A stretch of 64,000 nucleotides of DNA from Octopus sinensis (lineage: Eukaryota): assembly GCF_006345805.1 (NCBI RefSeq), contig NC_043002.1, positions 44,640,001 through 44,704,000 of the forward strand, written 5' to 3'. The notes beneath the pieces are model-generated. The model worked only from the letters and a program-made list of their open reading frames with translations. It searched no databases and was not told the origin of the DNA. Each line of letters starts with the position of its first letter. The stretch's first letter is position 1. The position numbers and the translations under genes are program-made. Below, piece after piece: positions 24,478-37,659 of the stretch.

Positions 24478-25022
24478 TAGGCAATATAAATGCACGCAGC
24501 CTAGTGTAGTCTTCGAAACCGGATCACCTACTCAATGACTTCAGGTCACTAGCATTGTTGTCGTGGCTATCAGTGAGATAAGACTTCCAATCCTAAGAGA
24601 CGCTGAGGAAAATCGTCGCAACCGACGTACTCGCGGCGAGACTGGCTCTGGACCAATTCTTCAAGGCTAAGTACGAAGAATGCATTCAGAGAGTTAAGGC
24701 GCGTGCTATGAGAAACAAGGAAACGGAAGCATCTCAATGGAGTCGAGTAGTAGAGAAGCAACGTGGAAACAAGCCACAATTCGGTATTTAGCCGCATGGG
24801 AATCGACCCCAGCAGATATGTGTAGCATTTCAGAAGCGCTTCGCTCAACTGTATGGATAGAATCGCAGTCCGGAATATAGGATGGACTTCAGTTCCTACC
24901 TCGACGGCATGCGACAACTTTCGGCAAAGAAAGTGGAACATTGCGAAATGCCCATAACAGCCACTGAAATAGGATTTTATGATGGGCTGCACGAGGGTAA
25001 ACCGCTTGGTTTGGATGGTCTG
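24478..25022 (+). mobile_element. Tx1/L1-clade ORF2 remnant (APE N-terminus fused by deletion to the linker and RT start)
   Basis: NINARSL...HLLNDFRSL...VAISEIRL (APE start), then DFSSYLDGMRQLSAKK...MPITATEI...GKPLGLDGL. Similar to NFSAYLDGQPKLSEEK at about 476-520. Confidence 0.75.
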
Positions 25023-25030
25023 CTCTAAGT

Positions 25031-25442
25031 AAAACACTGGGGTCGATATAATCAACTCATTCCCTCTCCCAAAATTATTGCCCTTCTGACAAAATTTGAA
25101 AACATTATTATTATTGTTATTGTTATTGTTATTATTATTACTATTATTATTATTATTATTATTATTATCATCATTATTATTAAAGTGGCGAGCTGGCAGA
25201 ATCGCTGGCGCGCCGGACGAAATGCTTACCGGTATTTCGCCCGTCGCTACGTTCTGTGTTCAAATGTCCCCGAAGTCGACTTTCATCCTTCCGGAGTCGA
25301 TTAAATAAGTAACAGTTACACACCGGGGTCGAAGTAATCGACTTACCTCCAGCCCGAAAATTTCAGGCCTTGTGCCTATAATAGAAAGGATTATTATCAT
25401 CATTATTATTATTAAGGTGGCGAGCTGGTATTATTATTATTA

Positions 25443-25489
<47 letters not shown>

Positions 25490-25818
25490 CCATGAAAGAC
25501 TCTCGCGAAGTTCTTAATTACCGGTTATTCTTTACTTGAAAGCCGACAACAACAAAACACCAAAGGTTTCAAGTAGTGCCTTCTCCTGTTACTCAAAGAG
25601 ACAATACTCTCTTTAGAATGCGAGCTGTACCCACCAATGCTGTCTTCTGGATCGCCTGGAGCCCGAAAGCAGTTCCAATATTCTTAATATGTTTTTCAAA
25701 GCCCTTGGAAATTGCTCTTAATGCTCCAATTACCACCGGCATCACCATTATATTCCTCATGCTCCATAACTTACCTATCTCGTCTCTTAGTGGCTAGTAA
25801 TCATCATCATCATTATTA

Positions 25819-25858
<40 letters not shown>

Positions 25859-26420
25859 TATTATTATTAGTATTGTTTTTGTTGTTGTTGTTGTTGTTGT
25901 TGTTATTAAGGCGTTTGACTGTATCTTTAGCCCGCTGGGCAAAATGCTTAGCGTCATTTCTTATCTTCACGTTCTGATTTCAAATTCTACCTAGGTCGAC
26001 TTTACCTGTCATCCTTTCGTGGTCTATGAAATAAATACCAGTCAAGTACTGCAGTCGATATTATCGATTCATCCCCTTCGCCAAAATTCAGCCTTTGTGT
26101 ATATAGTAGAAATGATTATTAATAGTAATAGTAAGGCTGTGAGCCGAGCCCTTGCGGCGTTGGACAAAATACTCAGTGGCATTTCTTCCGGTAGTTTACG
26201 GTCGGAAATCAAATACCACCGATATCTACTTTATCTCTTATCCTTTCCTGGTGGATAATATAAATACCATTCAAGTTCTGAGGTGTCAATGTAAGTTACT
26301 AGCCTGTTCTCTTAAATCTGTTGACCGCTTTGTCAAAATTAGAAAGAATTGTAAGTTGAATAATCGACTTACCCCTTCCATTAATATTGGTGGCCTTCTG
26401 CTAAAATTAGAAAGATCTAT
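25031..26420 (+). mobile_element. SINE family A cluster (25031-25095 fragment, 25184-25392, 25414-25428 stub, 25908-26115, 26135-26420) in (ATT)n
   Basis: Repeated family-A motifs separated by trinucleotide repeats. Confidence 0.8.
25430..25798 (-). mobile_element. 5'-truncated R4/Dong LINE 3' end inserted in (AAT)n
   Basis: Reverse translation PLRDEIGKLWSMRNIMVMPVVIGALRAISK...IQKTALVGTARILKRVLSL*. Tail at 25430-25486. Confidence 0.85.
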
Positions 26421-27779
26421 CATTATTATTATATATAAACTTTTTGTTCATTTCCAGGCCCGGCTTGAGGGAGTGTTCCAGCTATGACTATCCTTCTTTT
26501 TTTCATGTGTCGTCCTAAAATAGCTGAGCATAAGTTGAAGATTTGGCTACTAATTTCTGCAAACTTGGCTGTGTAGTGAAGTAGATCGCTTCGGAACTAT
26601 GTGGTTTCAAGAGCGATCCCATTAAGTGATGTTTTGAGTTTGTGTTACCTATCATAATCTCAAGTGAACCAAAATCTCATATGTAAACTTAAATAGGTGT
26701 GAACTCTGTGAAATCTCTGCAAAGTGACCGTTTCTGTTCATGAGTGATAGACCTAGTCAATCGCTTAGTTTACTAATACCACCTGGCATTTTGGTACCTT
26801 TATATGAGACCATTTTGTTGCAAGCATTCGGTTTCGATCTTCACTTTGATGCTAAATCACTCATTTTTACTCACACTTGTTTGGGAGGCCCTTAGGCATG
26901 TTATAAGTGCTGTTTTTCCTCCTTTGACTAAATCAGATAAAAACAAATTAACCTAGAGATTTCCGCAGTAGCTCGTCTCGTACGTTTTTGGTGACTGGGC
27001 TGAGAGAAATAATAGAAAAAACGATTAAGTGTTCTGCAATATCTAGTCTGTCGCACTATCCGTCTCTCCCCTTCTCTTTCTTCCCATCTCTCTTTCTCTC
27101 CGTCTCTCTCTCTCTAAAGTAAATGCGACGTTACCTGATTTGTCTTCGTCTTTTATCTTTCTGATTTCCATAAAATACGTACTAATAATAGCTTGGAGCA
27201 TATTCTAGAGAGACACTGTACTTCAATAAATATTCATCTTTCTGACGATTTATTGAATTACTATTGCTTATTAAAATATAGTGAGTTTGCATTTTTAGCG
27301 ATAGGACATAATGGAAATTGTGTTTGCTTTTATGGTTTTAAGCAATTGCGAAACACCTCTCTGATAGTACGGCAGCCAATTTCTTTACGCAACGTACTAT
27401 TTACATTCGTCCGTGAGAACCAGTGAATTAGTTACTGTGCGTGAGTGCGCGCGCGCGTGTGTGTGTGTGTAGCGTAATATAAAAATAAACATCGAAATAG
27501 TTTTTTAGTCTGAATATCTTTAAATTTGCATTCAGTTCACTTCATCTCCTCAAAATTAGACATTTTCAGTCTTGATTTGATTTATCATACAACATTAAAA
27601 AGAAACAAGCAGAGAAGCATATGTTCGCATACAGACATGCTTCAATATTCACGCTACCATATACACAGATGAACACACACACACAAACACATCAATCTTT
27701 TATCATCGCTTTCTGGCCATTTGCCAAACGTAATTCAGTTAACTTTGGAAGAAATCAGACAAAATGCGTTTTTACTCAC

Positions 27780-27833
27780 CAACAGCAACAAAAACAACTG
27801 TTCATTTTCCTTGCTTTCATCAGAGTATCGCTT
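27780..27833 (-). other. Candidate 54-nt host exon (or the 3' end of a first exon)
   Basis: TTGTAACTGACAG acceptor-like site and GTGAGT donor on the minus strand. Coincides with the end of ORF 27776-27979 (...MNSCFCCCW). Lies in sequence with no repeat I could recognise. Confidence 0.25.
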
Positions 27834-28773
27834 CTGTCAGTTACAAATGTTTGATGTCCCACTGAAAGGATTAATTCTTCCAGACTTATTATAATGTAAA
27901 CTCTTTCCAGACAAAATGTTTCAGAAATGATGAGATTCAACTTGTCTTTAAATTTATTTTGAAATTCTGGCTGTCTCATGGTTGACTAACTTTTGAGTAA
28001 ACCATGAGAAAATTCCAATTATTATCAGCTGAGATAATGCATTATACTGTCATTAACTCTCAGATAAATTGATTATAATCAATATAATTATGCTAATTCT
28101 GGCCTATTTTCGCACTATTCCAGTTTAACGATCAGTAATATTATAATGAGTTTACGGCACATTTATTGTTATTTCATAAAAGGCTAGCAATAAAAGAGAG
28201 ATATTCTCTCGTTAGCAGCAGTTAATACGGATTTTTGCCACTATTGATGAGCTTAAGTTCTTGTTATTTAACTCCTAATCGAATGGACTGGTGATTAAAC
28301 GTTTTCCAGCAGTGACCATCTAGTCGTTCGTTCGGATGTACTGTATCCATTAACTTATCATTTAATATGTCCATTTTGAAGATAAGCGGGTAAGATCTGA
28401 GGGATACTTTGCTGCTATTTCTAGCACTTGGAGTAATCACATAGGGGATATCTCGTTGGCTCGAAGCAAAATGATTAATGTATTATAGTACAATACGTCA
28501 GTTGTTTCATTTCGTATAATTCTCTAATCTTATACTCTAATTTTAAAGTTCTTCTTTAAGGTCATATTAACGATAAATATCTCATTGTTCATTCAATGAT
28601 AAACATAAGTCGATGTTCTCCTCATTGATGTTGCTATATTTTTTAGGCAGGTGATCTTAGAAATAAATGCATTTTATTTTCTTGAAAATTACCTGCCTGT
28701 ATCTGGAGATAATTTATTTCCTTCTTGTTTAACTTAATGAACCTAAAGCATTCTTCATTGATTAAATTATCAT

Positions 28774-30127
28774 AAGGCGGCGAGCTGGCAGAATTATTAG
28801 CACGCCGGAAAAAATGCTTAGCAGCATTTCTTCCAGTTTTCTGTTCTGAGTTCAAATTCCACAAAGAGCGACTTTGCCTTTCGTCATTTCGTACGATAAA
28901 ATAAGTACCAGGTGAGCACTGAGGTCGATGTAAGTGATTAGCTTCATCTCCAAATTTCCAGCCTTTGTGCATATAGTAGAAAGACTTATTAAATTACCAT
29001 TATTATTTGGAGGATGAAAGGTGGTTCGCTGGCAGAATCGTTAAGGCATTAGACAAGATACTTAGGGATGGCATTTCTTTCAGCACTTTACGTTCTGAAT
29101 TCAAATCCCACTGAAGTTAACTTTAACTTTCATAATTTCGGTGTCGATGAAATAAAGTACCACTCAAGTACTGATCATTGATATTGCGCACTCAACCTCT
29201 TCTCAGAATTTCTGACCCCATGCTTAATTCAGAGACCATCATCGTTATTATTCGGAAGAGGAAGAGCGGCATTCTAGCAGAATTGCTTGAGCATCGGAAA
29301 GACAATTTTTCGTTCCGCTTGAGTTGATAAGATAAATTCTCAGTAAAGTACTGAGGTCCGTGGTATCGACTAACCAACTACCCCTCAAAATATTTGTCCT
29401 TGTGCCTAAATCAGAAAACCTTATTACTTGGAGGGAAGTAAACTGAGAGAGAATCTTAGCGCTTCGAACAAAAACGCTGTAGTATTTTGTTACGGCCGTA
29501 TCCATCTGTGAGTTTAAGTCTAGGCAAGATCAAATACACTTATTACCATTTGAGATAAAAAATTTCCCGTGTGTGCTTAGATGGATTTAATAACTATGTA
29601 CCTGTCATCGCATTGAAACCTTCTGCTAATATTCGAATTCTCTATTATTTGAAATGGGAAAGCGGCGAATTGAAACAAACTTTAGAGCGTCTGATTAAAT
29701 GTTGTACAGCTTTACGTTTTGCAAACTCTTCTAGAATCCACTTTGTCTTTCATCATCTCTGAGTCTATAAAATAAGTACCAATAAAGTACAGGGTGGATT
29801 ATCCTGTCTACACCCGTCCCCTCAATTTTAGGTCTTGACCCTACTTAAAATCAATGCTGTTTTAATTGTTGTGGTGTATTGTTAGAACATCAAACAACAT
29901 TTTGAGATAATCTTTTCTACTACAGGCACAAGGCCTGAATTTTGGGGAGAGGGGACTAGTCGATTACATCGACCCCAGTGCTTCACTGGTATTCAATTTA
30001 TCGACCTTGAAAGGATGAAAGGCAAAGGCGACCCCGGCCTCATTTGAACTCGAAACGTAAAGTCGCGCGAAATACTGCTAAGAATTTTTCCCGGCGTGCT
30101 AACAATTCTGCCGGCTCACCGCCTTAA
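28774..30127. mobile_element. SINE family A cluster: four + copies (28774, 29018, 29262, 29678) and one - copy (29905-30127)
   Basis: Repeated heads GGCGGCGAGCTGGCAGAAT and bodies ATAAAATAAGTACC. Confidence 0.85.
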
Positions 30128-31639
30128 AACGTTTTGAGATTATGACGGAGATCTTCACGGTCATTACCGTTTTGTGTAAAACTCCTACCGGATATGGCTT
30201 CTATTCACGTTTCCAGAATCGACTGAAATAAAATATCGATTAAGTAATGGGGGTGATTGTATGATATATGCTACTGACCAAATGTGAGTTCTTAAAATAT
30301 GAGGAATAAATGATATTTGATGTCTTAGAGAAAATCCCATGTCTGGTTTATACAAATGTTATGTGTTTGTTCTAAATTCTTAAATATTTCCATACCGAAA
30401 GTTTCGTTACAAGAATTGTATAATAGCAGTTCTACATTTAGCCTAAGCTGAATGTTGCGACTGTTGTTTAGTTCCTTGATCCCCTGATCAGCTCCAGTTT
30501 AGCATACTTGTAGCCAAAGCGCTGAATCTGAAGCAGCCCTTCATATTTTATCAGACAGTGCACCTCCAGAATCACATTATCTTGCATGCTTACCCTCTGT
30601 TAATATGACAAATAGTGACGTGAGAGTTATTTGGCTGCTATTTCTAGCAGTGGCCGCACAGACGCGCTTGTTCTTGGTTAGTTTGAACTAAGATAATATT
30701 GAAGGTTTGTAAATGATTGTAAAGAAGACGAACAAACTAACGATATAAATGCGCTTTAGAAATATTTGCTGTCTAGATGACAGCCTAAGAGTTAATCAGC
30801 AAAACGCAAATGTGACCGTTGTATTAATCCTACAAACGATGATAACGTGGAAAAGAGGTCATATACGGAATTACATTAGCTGCATTGCATACCACACGTG
30901 ACAACATCCTTACAGGAAATTTTATTGATATTACTCTAAGCATTAACCATGTTTAAGAAATATTTTCATATGAAAAATAGCATTGTTTGAATGGTAATTA
31001 AGAAATGATGAATAATGGCATTTAGAAAATATTTTAGAAAATATTTGATTGTCTCGCTAACAGCTCCTAATTTTCTTAATGGGTTTGCAGATTAGTAGTA
31101 AAAGGACTACTGAAGATTTCTTTGCCTCTTTATCAGAGCTGATTTCGAACTAGAACGAGGTCAAACGGCTCCGATAGTAATACGTTATTTCTCAAACTCA
31201 ATGAGATCAAATACAAATCTGATCTCGGTAGGTCTTGAAATCAGAGCGCGGAAATAAATAATGCTTTCTATCAAGCCCTTTAACGATCTCACCAATTCAC
31301 TTGTACAACTTTTTATTTTAGGAAGGCGGTATTTCTTCGCGTGTATATTTTATTTTCTTGCAACTGTAGCTTCCATAGATTGACTAATCGATAAGATACA
31401 ACCCTGTGCAAGTAAAGGCAATGCAATAATTTGCCCCATGCAGTCAAGGATAATACAACTAAAATATTGAGGTTCCTACAAACAGACTTTACACTGATCT
31501 CTCGTGACGATGAAGCTTTCACAACTTTAACAGTACCGCTCCATACAGGCCCGGCTCTCTCTCGAAATCTACCTAAACACTGGATATTTTCCTATTTTTA
31601 AGCCCCTTAGATTGCTGTTATCTATCATCACATATATAT

Positions 31640-31835
31640 AGTGAAGTCGCGTGGTCTAGGCTGTTGCACTCACGATCGCTAGATCGTGGGTTCGATTCCC
31701 TAACTAGGCGGAGATTTGTGCTAGTCAGCAAAACACTTAATTTCATGTTGTTGCAATCCCCCCTCTGATCAAGGGGTAATGTTGACTTGCTCGCCTAGCC
31801 AGCGGGGTGGCATCATTTGAAGGCTACAGTGTGGT
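31640..31835 (+). mobile_element. SINE family C
   Basis: GGGTTCGATTCCC B-box followed by CAGCAAAACACTTAATTTCATGTTG. Confidence 0.65.
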
Positions 31836-32499
31836 CGGTCGCGTGATCACGTGATTATATATATATATATATATAATATATATATATATATTATATATAT
31901 ATATATATACATACACACAAAAAAATTATAGCCCAACGTGGTAATACATTTGTGTCGTTTCTACAGCTACTACAAGATCACTTCTTCATTTGAATTACAA
32001 GGTTTTCATTAGCTACGCTAAAAGCCAGTTGACCCTTACCCTTACCCTAATCCTAACCCTACATCGTCTTCTACATATAATTTGTCGAATATGTTGTCTC
32101 TATAAACTGCGACCATTGAATGCATTCCTTGTCTGTGTTTCCTTAGAAAAATCAATCACTAGAATTGCAAGTTAGACATGAACTTCAAAACAGCGCTAGT
32201 TTTGGAGAGTATATATAAAGATTATACACAGTGCATCGTTCTTAGACAAAATTTAAAAACTAAGAATAAACATCTATCATTCTCTTCATCTTGTTCGCTC
32301 TAATGAGCAGAGCTATTCTCGATCAACAGGTTACGGCTGTTACCCTGTCCTGGCTGCATCTGTTGATATATTTCTTACTGATCAATTCTGTTTAGCATGA
32401 AGCAGATGAAATACAAAGGTACAGTTCACTGTCGGAAGCAGAGAGAGGCATGCAGAGAGTAGAGTAGAGAGAGAGTGTGTGTGTGTCGAGCGAGCGAGT

Positions 32500-32553
32500 G
32501 AGAAAAAGAAAGGAAGAAAGAAAGAAATGAAGAAAGAAAAGAAAGAAAGGAAG

Positions 32554-32584
<31 letters not shown>

Positions 32585-32588
32585 GGAA

Positions 32589-32622
<34 letters not shown>

Positions 32623-32673
32623 AGGAAGGAAAGAAAGAAAGAAAGAAAGAAAGAAAAAAAGAAGGAAGGAAGG

Positions 32674-32739
<66 letters not shown>

Positions 32740-32745
32740 GGAAAG
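32500..32745. repeat. (AAAG)n/(AAGG)n polypurine microsatellite
   Basis: Directly visible. Confidence 0.95.
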
Positions 32746-33275
32746 ATCACTAAATATCTCAGAAGTGTCATATCACATTAGAATACTACGATCAAAGATT
32801 TATAGAATGAATGATTTTATAATGGGTGGGGATAATTTCTGCCAGAATGTTTTATAGCAAATGCTCCACTCCAGATGAATACTGTGTATTTACATTATAT
32901 GAGGTTCATCTTAATAAATTAGTCAAAGATGGAAGGAATTTTCCATGGTTATTGTAGGTCACCACGCATTGGCGAGATTGATATTGTTACCTTTCAGTTT
33001 GTATGTTTGTAGGTCGATACATGTTGGAAGAATGTAAGGAACGATAATTTCATAGAATGACTGTTGCACAGAAGTTATTCAGGTGTATAATAGACTAGAT
33101 TGCCACATGGAACTGACAAGCAGTTGAGAGCTAGATCAGGGACACAAACATTTATTACAGATGATATTTTGCCCCCAGATCATCCCTGACAAATGATTTA
33201 CATGTGCGATAAATGATTTACTCTTATGGTCTTTAAGGGCAAGATACACAGATCTGGTACGTGGTGTTTGGGGTT

Positions 33276-33722
33276 TCTTTTACTCTATATTCTTTTACTT
33301 GTTTCAGTCATTTGACTGCGGCCATGCTGGAGCACCGCCTTTAGTCGAGCAAATCGCCCCTAGGACTTATTCTTTGTAAGCCTAGTACTTATTCTATCGG
33401 ACACTTTTGCCGAACCGCTAGATAACGGGGACGTAAACACACCCGCATCAGTTGTCAAGCGATGTTGGGATGACAGGCACAGATACACAAACACATGCAC
33501 ACACACACATGCACACACACACACACTCACACACACAAATACACACACACACACACATATATATATATACGACGGGCTTCTTCAGTTTCCGTCTACCAAG
33601 TCCACTCACAAGGCTTTGGTCGGCCCGAAGCTATAGTAGAAGACACTTGCCCAGGGTGCCACGCAGTGAACCCGGAACCATGTGGTTGGTAAGCAAGCTA
33701 CTTACCACACAGCCACTCATGC
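33276..33722 (-). mobile_element. SINE family B, near full length
   Basis: Matches 8463-8945. Confidence 0.9.
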
Positions 33723-34795
33723 ATATGATTGACAAATTAAAATTAAGCCATGTAATGTTAAGTGAAGGGTGTTAAAAATGTTATGGTCGTTGTATTAAAA
33801 ATGACAATACATAGGCTTTAAATTTAATGAAGAAATTGTGGAAATTATAACGAAAAGTTTGCTTTCACCAGAATTGAAAGAATCAGGGAGAAGAATTAGC
33901 CTAATATACAAACGCTCCATTTCAGCAATCTAACAGGAACTTTCGATGTTAGGGCAACTTATAACCTACCCAGTCTAAACTTTTACTGATAATAAATGTG
34001 ATATCATTGCTTCTGATTAACTTTTCGAGAGCGAATGACCAGAAATGAATGTCAAAGGGGGCAACAACTTGACCAACATTTAAAGCTGGACTACTTTACT
34101 TTTGATGTGTGTTGATGGAAAGAAACTTCGAGCGGATGAATGAGAAGATTTTATTAACAAGTGTTACGTGAGCTTTTGAAAGAAAATGGGAAATGATGTG
34201 AGTCCGATTGTAGAAAGCTTTAGAGAAGACATATTTGCAAGGGTAAAACACACTGCGACGTTATCAGATTGAAACTAAGTCACCGACATAGACACCTGAG
34301 AGCATACACCACTCATCATAAGACATTAATGAAAAGAACTGTTATTGCTAACGGCGCTCATTCTTAAAGATTTTACAAGCATTTTATGATATATGCGTCA
34401 TAGGAATTGCAATACTTTTTTAAGTTGATTGTCTCGATTTACATTCGTCTGAAACTGCAAATATAGATGGAAATGCGAGTTTTTGAAAATATGACTGATT
34501 ATTAAAATACTGAAGATAAATTTTCTGACTTCTTTCATAACGTAATGTATCAACTGGTTAAGTGTCTGTTTTATATGATAAATTGGAAATATTTTTTTCT
34601 AAGGCATAAAAGGTAAGATGAAAGCCATATAAAAAATAAATATCTTAAAGAAATTGCTTGAAAATTATACAAATGAGGGATATTTGAACTAAACAGGCTG
34701 TAAAACAAATAAAATCATGCACTTTAAAGAAGTAAAATCAAACGTATTGATCTGTACAGCTGTAACATACATACATACATACATACATACATACA

Positions 34796-34826
<31 letters not shown>

Positions 34827-34894
34827 GTACATACGTACGTACATACATACACACATACATACATGCATAAATAAATAAATACATGAGCATACAT

Positions 34895-36200
34895 GCATAA
34901 ATGAGCCAAGTTATCTTCGACGCCGCTGCCCCCTACTACAAAGAGATACTGACATCGAGTGTGTTTAAGGACCGCATGTTCTACATGCCTGGCCCTAGCA
35001 CCCGGAAAACGAAGCTCCGCAAAAATGTTTTTTGGCTTGCTCCACCCTTCTCGCTCAATGTCAAGACTGTGGGAAGTATTTTCCTTGGATTTCACACACA
35101 CACACACGTAGATACAGGCATTTATTTAACAGATGTAACCTAAAAGTCTCCTTCATTTGTGCACCTAACATAAAACACATTTTAACAAGTACCCACAATA
35201 CAAGAGAGGAGGCAGGTTGCTCTTGCAGGGTATTTAATAACTGCGAGGCTGAAAGGGTCATCTATGATGCTACGGTGATACCTAGACCTGCTATCCACAA
35301 TAACAGTAATGTATCAACCAACAGCAATATTAGGAGATTAATCAGATCTCACGCCAATACAATTGCCACGCCCGGAGAAAATAACCAGACCAGGGCCAGC
35401 GTTACAGAGATCGTCACCGAAGACCCCGGTAACACCGCCACAGATAATGAAGAAACCATAGACACAGATACAGTGATCAGGCCCGCAATGTTTGTTACCA
35501 CCAGTACAATCGCTGCACCACAGAATGATGACCTGCAACTCGGAGAAGGTATCCGCCGTTCCCACTACCAGCATCACAGATGATAACGAAATAATTATCT
35601 TCGACACCGATGGGATGACTGACTCTGCACCATATGTTACCAGGGGTGCGAATGGGGCCTCATCCCATGTTTGTAAATATATTGGATTTGCGAGTAATTC
35701 TTTCAAGCGACGTTTTCTTAACCAGTCATCCTTCATAGTCCCAGAAAGATGCTCTGTCATGTCCCTGGCTCGCCATGTGTGGGACCTCAATGGTCAAGGG
35801 ATCCCGTGTGATTTTAGGTGGAAATTAATTGATCATCTGGTCCCATATGCTGATGGAAGTGGCTGTCGCCAGATCTGCTTCGAGGAGAGAGCCAAAATTC
35901 TTAAGACCTATACGAAACCTGTCGCGTTAAATAGTCGTTAAGAAGTGTTTTCTAAATGTGTCTACTTCATGCGCTACTTAGTGAAAACTCGGATCTCCCC
36001 GTTTGCTGGTTAGGCCTCTTCTGGTGCATAAGGGTTGTCTTTTTCCTCTGCTTTTTTGCTAAGACATATTACTTGATTTCTGAGTGTTTCTTTACGTCCG
36101 CGACGTACAGACTTTAAGTTTTTGTCTTTATATAGAGTCTGACGAATTTTCCACAAGGTTTTGGCTTTGTTGATGCAAAACCTTGCGTAGCTCTATGTCC
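34895..36200 (+). mobile_element. 5'-truncated Penelope-like element (linker, GIY-YIG and 3' pLTR)
   Basis: FDAAAPYYKEIL...WLAPPFSLNVKT; CSCRVFNNC...VIYDATV; KYIGFASNSFKRR...SLARHVWDL...WKLI...CRQICFEERAKI...LNSR*EVFSKC. Confidence 0.85.
36132..36196 (+). ncRNA. Defective type I hammerhead with long stem III
   Basis: ATAGAGT/GCTCTAT stem I, CTGACGA, a 10-bp hairpin CAAGGTTTTG/CAAAACCTTG and a GUA triplet. The stem II 3' arm and GAAA are missing. Confidence 0.5.
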
Positions 36201-36214
36201 AAGATAAATTGTAA

Positions 36215-36217
<3 letters not shown>

Positions 36218-36248
<31 letters not shown>

Positions 36249-36382
36249 CGTATGGCTATATATATGTATATATATATATATATGTATATTTATATGTATA
36301 TACAAATATATGCATATATATATATGTATACATATATGTATATATATATCTATTTCTATATATGTATATATATATATGCATG

Positions 36383-36440
<58 letters not shown>

Positions 36441-36442
36441 AT

Positions 36443-36475
<33 letters not shown>

Positions 36476-36632
36476 GTATGTGTATATATGTTTGTGTGTA
36501 TATGTATGTATATGTATATATACTATATGTATATATACATATATATATATGTATATACATACATGCATATATATTATACATATATACATATATACATATA
36601 TATATATACATATATATATATACATACATTCA

Positions 36633-36681
<49 letters not shown>

Positions 36682-36705
36682 TGTGTGTGTGTGTGTGTTC
36701 GTGTG
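36218..36705. repeat. Compound (TA)n/(TATG)n/(TG)n microsatellite
   Basis: Directly visible. Confidence 0.95.
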
Positions 36706-37659
36706 TAAGAGCATAATTCGTTGGTTTGTATTTGACGTAGTCTGAAGGTAATTATTTTCAATTTAGTTGCTCCACAGTACTAGCCAGTATCTTACTTCGA
36801 TTTATTAAGGAACACCACACATTTAGACGACTTTTACTGCTACAATATTTGTTTCAATAATAAATTACACTGCGTATTCTCAATGTACCATGAATAATTA
36901 CCCCCATAAATAAATTATATTTTTAATTGTCATAAAAATTAAAATCTATTAAGTCGTACAGATATTTTCAGTGCACATGATTAATTTGAGCGATAATTTG
37001 AGGGAAAATGTCTTATAATAATAAATAATAGAGCAATTATAAAACTTCAAACATCATTGATGTGAAATTTTCACATGGCTGCAGATGGAAATTGTTTCCA
37101 TGATTGAATATAAAGGTATTGGGAGGTGCGTACTCAGTGTGTATACGTATGTTTATATAAACACATGTAGCTAGATAGATTGATAGGTATGTATGCGCGT
37201 GCTTGTGTGCGTATTAGAGTATGTGTATGCGTGCATTTATGTTCATGTAAAACAGGGATTATTACTCTCGAACACGGTTTCCTTTGATCGGGACTTCTGT
37301 CCATTACATACAATATTGGGTTGGATACAAATATATAAAATAACTGTTTGAAACAAATTGACTTATACGACCATCGGAAGTAGAGATCAAACGGAACGTA
37401 AGTATATATCAAACTGTACACACTTCTAACAAGTAGTTGTACTGAGCACTTTTAAGTTTTTGTACCTGAAACAGTCGCGCAGAATGTTGCAGCACAGGGA
37501 TAGCCAAGAGTGACTACCAAGACGCAGTCCGGTTCCCTTAGAGTGTGAGAAATTATGGCCCAAACCTCTTGCGCGTGGGTGTTTTCTTTCGAAGGTTTTC
37601 TACCGTTTAACACCACCTTCATTTTCTTACTGCTAATAATTTCTTACACTAATAATTTC

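Noticed and set aside
32030-32062. CCCTTA/CCCTAA-like repeats as an interstitial telomere
   Set aside because: Only about five degenerate units. Such runs are common inside small transposons.
36252-36745. Long ORFs such as poly-YI/VC, and likewise poly-N/I/L (37811-38180), KERK (32479-32781) and poly-F (40292-40711)
   Set aside because: They are translations of microsatellites that lack stop codons, not genes.
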